Origin: Macrostomum hystrix
Taxonomy: Eukaryota > Animalia > Platyhelminthes
Assembly (NCBI GenBank): GCA_950097015.1
Contig: CATNEN010000001.1
Location: 23,188,001-23,252,000, forward strand
Length of the DNA: 64,000 bases
Reading direction: 5' to 3'
Below the pieces are notes generated by a model. That model was not told the DNA's origin and did not search any database. It saw only the letters and a list, made by a program, of their open reading frames with translations. Numbering within the stretch: position 1 is the stretch's first letter; the number at the start of each line of letters is the position of its first letter. Below are positions 60,522-64,000 of this stretch, one piece after another. The position numbers and the translations under genes were made by a program.

Positions 60522-63500
60522 ATGATGATCCCCGGAATATCATGTCTGCAAGTTAACACCCAGCACTGCGTGGCAGCATCAGTAAATCTGATGCGCACGA
60601 CAGAGCGCATGATGCCGGGCCTTGTACTTGTGCAGGAGCCCTGGCTATCAAAGAACAAGCCAAGCAACATTCCTGCTGGCTATGACTGCTTCTGCATGGC
60701 AGACTCTGTCCGCCCTAGATCACTGATCTATGCCACAAAAGCCTTAAATGCGTGGATGAGACCCGATCTCTCTAACGGGGACATCTGCGTCATCCAATCT
60801 GCACACATTGTGCCTAACAAGTTGACCCTCGTGGCATCCGCCTACCTGGCAGGCGACGCCCCCGTGGTCAGCGATACCCTCGTCGCCCTCTGTGATTTCG
60901 CCAGGGCACGTAACTTCGAGCTGCTCCTCGCGGGAGATGCAAACTCGCATCACACCCACTGGGGTAGCTCAAAAATCAATGACCGCGGCGAAGAGCTCCT
61001 GGCCTACGTCAGCGGCACGCCTCTCAACTTCTGTAATGTGGGCAACACGCCCACTTTCGACAATGGGCGGTGGGCTGAGGTGCTTGACGTCACCCTGGCC
61101 TCACCCGGCATCCTCCCAAGGGTGCTGGGGTGGGAGGTATGGGAGACCGAAAGCTCGCTCTCGGACCATCGTTTCATTCGCTTCAACATCGGTACCCCCG
61201 ATAAGAAGCAAAAGCCTATTTGGAGGCGTAATGTCAGAAACACCGACTGGCCCGCGTTCAGCCAAAAGCTGCATGAGGGCCTTCGGGATTCCGACCCCTC
61301 CATGGCCATGGCAACCACGCAGGACCTAGATGGAGTGGCTGCCCTGCTGGGCGGCGCCATCACAGAGGCCTACGAAATGGCTTGCCCGCTCAAAGCCTAC
61401 AAAGGCAAAAAATCGGCCCCCTGGTGGAACCCCGAGCTCGGAGTCCTGAGACGCCGAGCTAAGGCTCTCCAGAGGAAGCTGAAAACCTCGCACGACCCTG
61501 ATGACAAAGAGGCCTATACTCGCGCCATCCATGAGTTTAAGGGCCGGGTCAGAAGGGCAAAAGCGGACAAATGGCGACAATACTGCGAAGGGCTTGAGGG
61601 CTCGCGGCCCACGGCCCGCGTGGTAAAGGCGCTCACCAACGACCGCTTCTCCAAGCTCTCATCGATCAAAAAGCCAGACGGCTCGATCACGGAGCGCCCG
61701 GAGGAAACGCTCGAGCTTATGCTAGGGCATTTCTTCCCGAGTGTACCGGCGCACTTTGGCCCAGACGACCACTCACGTGGAGGTCAGGGCCTGGCTCAGT
61801 CACTCGTCACGAATGACCGCATCGTTCGCGCGGCAAAGTCATTCAACCCTTTCAAAGCACCTGGGCCAGATGGTATTTATCCGGCCTTTTTGCATGAAGC
61901 GGTCAAAAATGGCCGCTTCCTCCATCTCCTCTGCAGACTTCTACGGGCCTGCATCGTGCTGGGCTACGTACCAGCGCTGTGGCACGAAGCCCGGGTCGTC
62001 TTCATCCCGAAGCCCACCAAAGGCGACTATCGCTCGGTCAAGTCTTATCGCCCGATAAGTTTGACTTCCACCTGCCTCAAGCTCATGGAAAGACTGGTGC
62101 TCTGGCGCCTTCTTACTGTAGAGCTAGGGCGGGCCCCGCTCTCGCCAAACCAGCACGCCTTTCGGGCTGGCCGGTCCACGGAGAGCGCCCTCCACTGCAT
62201 CGTGGAGACTCTAGAGAAGGCAGTACTGGGCAGCGGTTTTGCCCTGGCTGTCTTCCTTGATATTGAGGGGGCCTTCGATAACGTTGTTTTCGAAGCCTTT
62301 GAGAAGGCCCTGGTTTTCAGGGCCACTCACCCCCACCTCGTTCGCTGGGTCATTTACATGATCCGGAATCGCCACGTGGTGGCCCACCTCGAAGGCAGGG
62401 TGCTCTCGGCACCTGTCCTAAAAGGAGGGCCCCAAGGCGGCGTCCTCACCCCACTGCTGTGGAATCTCGTCATGGATGAGCTGCTGAAAAGCACTCGTCC
62501 AGACCCAGTCCTGAAGGTGGGATATGCCGACGATGTGACCGCCATCTGCGCGGGCCCCTCGGCGGAAACCACCAGGGACCTCATTCAGGGCTTTATCAAC
62601 AGGGCGGTGCGCTGGGCGGACCAATGCGGGCTCCGACTCTCTGAGTCCAAGACCGTCGCGGTTATGTTTACCAGCAAACTGCTCTGGACCATTAAGCCTC
62701 TGACTCTCTATGGCAAGAATATTGCCATGGAAAAGCAGGTCCGGTGCCTTGGTCTCGTGCTAGACCATAGGCTTAACTGGACCCCACACATCACCACAAA
62801 GGCCAAGAGGGCCCTGGCCATACTGGCGCAAGTCAGGCGTGCCGTGGGCACCACCTGGGGGCTAACCCCCAAGAACCTTTGGTGGATTTACACGGCGATC
62901 ATTAGACCGTCCGTCGCTTACGCTGGCCTCATCTGGGCCAGCGCCATGGGCATCCAGAAAAACCTGGAGGCGCTTTATAGGGTGCAGGGCAGAGCCTGTC
63001 GTATGACGCTGGGCGCCCCACTCTCCACTCCCTTCGAAGGCATGAATGCTTTCCTCAACGCTACACCCATTGACATTTTCGTCAAGGGGGAAGCAGCAAA
63101 GTCCACCCGTCGTCTTCTTGATGCGGGTGTCTACTTCCAGAATTCGCGAGCCTTCTCGAAGCGCTCCCTTCTGCCTCACTCTGACCTCTGCCTGAAAACT
63201 CTGGGCGAGTGCGGAGGGCTCACCATCCTTTCGGACGGGGCCCCGGCCACTTTACTCCGGAGCCACAGGTACAAAGTCAGCATCTCCCCTCGTAATGAGG
63301 TAAAGGACTGCTGGGATGACCCGGCAGTCCACTGTTACACTGACGGCTCTCTGATGAACGGTAAATCGGGATTCGGAGTGTGCGTCGCCTCGGGTGGTGA
63401 GGTCCTCTGGACCCACTCCCAATACTGTGGCAAGAGCTCTAGCGTTTTCCAAAACGAAGTGCTCGCCATCAGCTTCTGTGCGGCTGAGCTGCGCCAGAGG

Positions 63501-64000
63501 CAGCTGGCTGGTCGGAGGATCTTTTTTCACTCCGACAGTCAAGCAGCCCTCAAGGCCCTCAGCCGCTGCACCTCTCGCTCCAGAACCACCTTGGACTGCA
63601 ACACCCAGTTAAACGGGTTGGCGCAGTCTAATAAGGTGGAGCTGATGTGGATCCCTGGGCATGCCGGGTTCACAGGGAATGAGATGGCGGACCAGCTTGC
63701 AAAGGCTGGAGCAGCCAGCTCCCTGATGGGCCCGGGCCCGGAATCCCCGATCCCCGCCTCTGTTGTCAACTCCAGCATCAACCGCTGGATGGAGACCCAG
63801 CATCGGAGGAGGTGGTCCAGCACCCTGAACTGTCGCCAGTCCAGGGCTGCGGTGCCAACCCCCTCTAGTAACCTGCGTAAGGCCTTACTCAGGCTAAACC
63901 GCAGAGACCTGAGAGCAGTCACCATGGCCCTTTCGGGACATGGCTGCTTCACCAGACACCGCTACCTCCAAGGCCACGTGCCTGAGGAAACGTGTCCCTT
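60522..64000 (+). CDS. LINE ORF2 (APE-RT-RNase H), apparently intact, 3'-partial
   Basis: LQVNTQH, LVQEPW, GDANSHH, SDHRFI, GPQGG, GYADD (62520), YTDGS (63336) and WIPGHAG; the checked motifs are in frame with ATG 60522. Missing from the ORF track because no stop occurs in the window. Confidence 0.93.
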   Translation, partial: MMIPGISCLQVNTQHCVAASVNLMRTTERMMPGLVLVQEPWLSKNKPSNIPAGYDCFCMADSVRPRSLIYATKALNAWMRPDLSNGDICVIQSAHIVPNKLTLVASAYLAGDAPVVSDTLVALCDFARARNFELLLAGDANSHHTHWGSSKINDRGEELLAYVSGTPLNFCNVGNTPTFDNGRWAEVLDVTLASPGILPRVLGWEVWETESSLSDHRFIRFNIGTPDKKQKPIWRRNVRNTDWPAFSQKLHEGLRDSDPSMAMATTQDLDGVAALLGGAITEAYEMACPLKAYKGKKSAPWWNPELGVLRRRAKALQRKLKTSHDPDDKEAYTRAIHEFKGRVRRAKADKWRQYCEGLEGSRPTARVVKALTNDRFSKLSSIKKPDGSITERPEETLELMLGHFFPSVPAHFGPDDHSRGGQGLAQSLVTNDRIVRAAKSFNPFKAPGPDGIYPAFLHEAVKNGRFLHLLCRLLRACIVLGYVPALWHEARVVFIPKPTKGDYRSVKSYRPISLTSTCLKLMERLVLWRLLTVELGRAPLSPNQHAFRAGRSTESALHCIVETLEKAVLGSGFALAVFLDIEGAFDNVVFEAFEKALVFRATHPHLVRWVIYMIRNRHVVAHLEGRVLSAPVLKGGPQGGVLTPLLWNLVMDELLKSTRPDPVLKVGYADDVTAICAGPSAETTRDLIQGFINRAVRWADQCGLRLSESKTVAVMFTSKLLWTIKPLTLYGKNIAMEKQVRCLGLVLDHRLNWTPHITTKAKRALAILAQVRRAVGTTWGLTPKNLWWIYTAIIRPSVAYAGLIWASAMGIQKNLEALYRVQGRACRMTLGAPLSTPFEGMNAFLNATPIDIFVKGEAAKSTRRLLDAGVYFQNSRAFSKRSLLPHSDLCLKTLGECGGLTILSDGAPATLLRSHRYKVSISPRNEVKDCWDDPAVHCYTDGSLMNGKSGFGVCVASGGEVLWTHSQYCGKSSSVFQNEVLAISFCAAELRQRQLAGRRIFFHSDSQAALKALSRCTSRSRTTLDCNTQLNGLAQSNKVELMWIPGHAGFTGNEMADQLAKAGAASSLMGPGPESPIPASVVNSSINRWMETQHRRRWSSTLNCRQSRAAVPTPSSNLRKALLRLNRRDLRAVTMALSGHGCFTRHRYLQGHVPEETCP

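Larger units (their letters stand above)
59531..64000 (+). mobile_element. 5'-truncated LOA/Lian-clade LINE, running off the window
   Basis: Partial ORF1, then APE-RT-RNase H ORF2. Confidence 0.92.

Overview
Eukaryotic (invertebrate animal) repeat-rich heterochromatin-like DNA with spliceosomal introns and no intact housekeeping gene; a flatworm such as Macrostomum is only my guess. From left to right: a decayed KDZ (Kyakuja-Dileera-Zisupton) transposase and copy 1 of a ~8 kb duplicated composite unit (119-, 91-, 20- and 140-bp tandem arrays, a two-C2H2-finger pseudogene). Next is an unusual Ty3/Gypsy-derived element (~12.6-19.4 kb): intact gag, a -1-frameshifted protease that stops with no RT, a novel Trp-rich ORF3, a PPT and one putative LTR, plus a heavily decayed RT-RNaseH-integrase trace on the OPPOSITE strand upstream of gag. 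Then comes copy 2 of the unit, with expanded arrays, a young CsRn1-clade Gypsy insertion and a hAT fragment. The right half holds a multi-exon Pro-rich pseudogene, an orphan 340-aa ORF, a truncated BEL/Pao element, two related Jockey/I-like LINEs (one with a nested CAA-tailed RNase H LINE fragment), a tRNA-derived remnant and a LOA-clade LINE whose ORF2 runs off the window. The best novelty candidate is the ambisense gag-pro-ORF3 / antisense-pol element. All motif calls were made by eye, without database searches.
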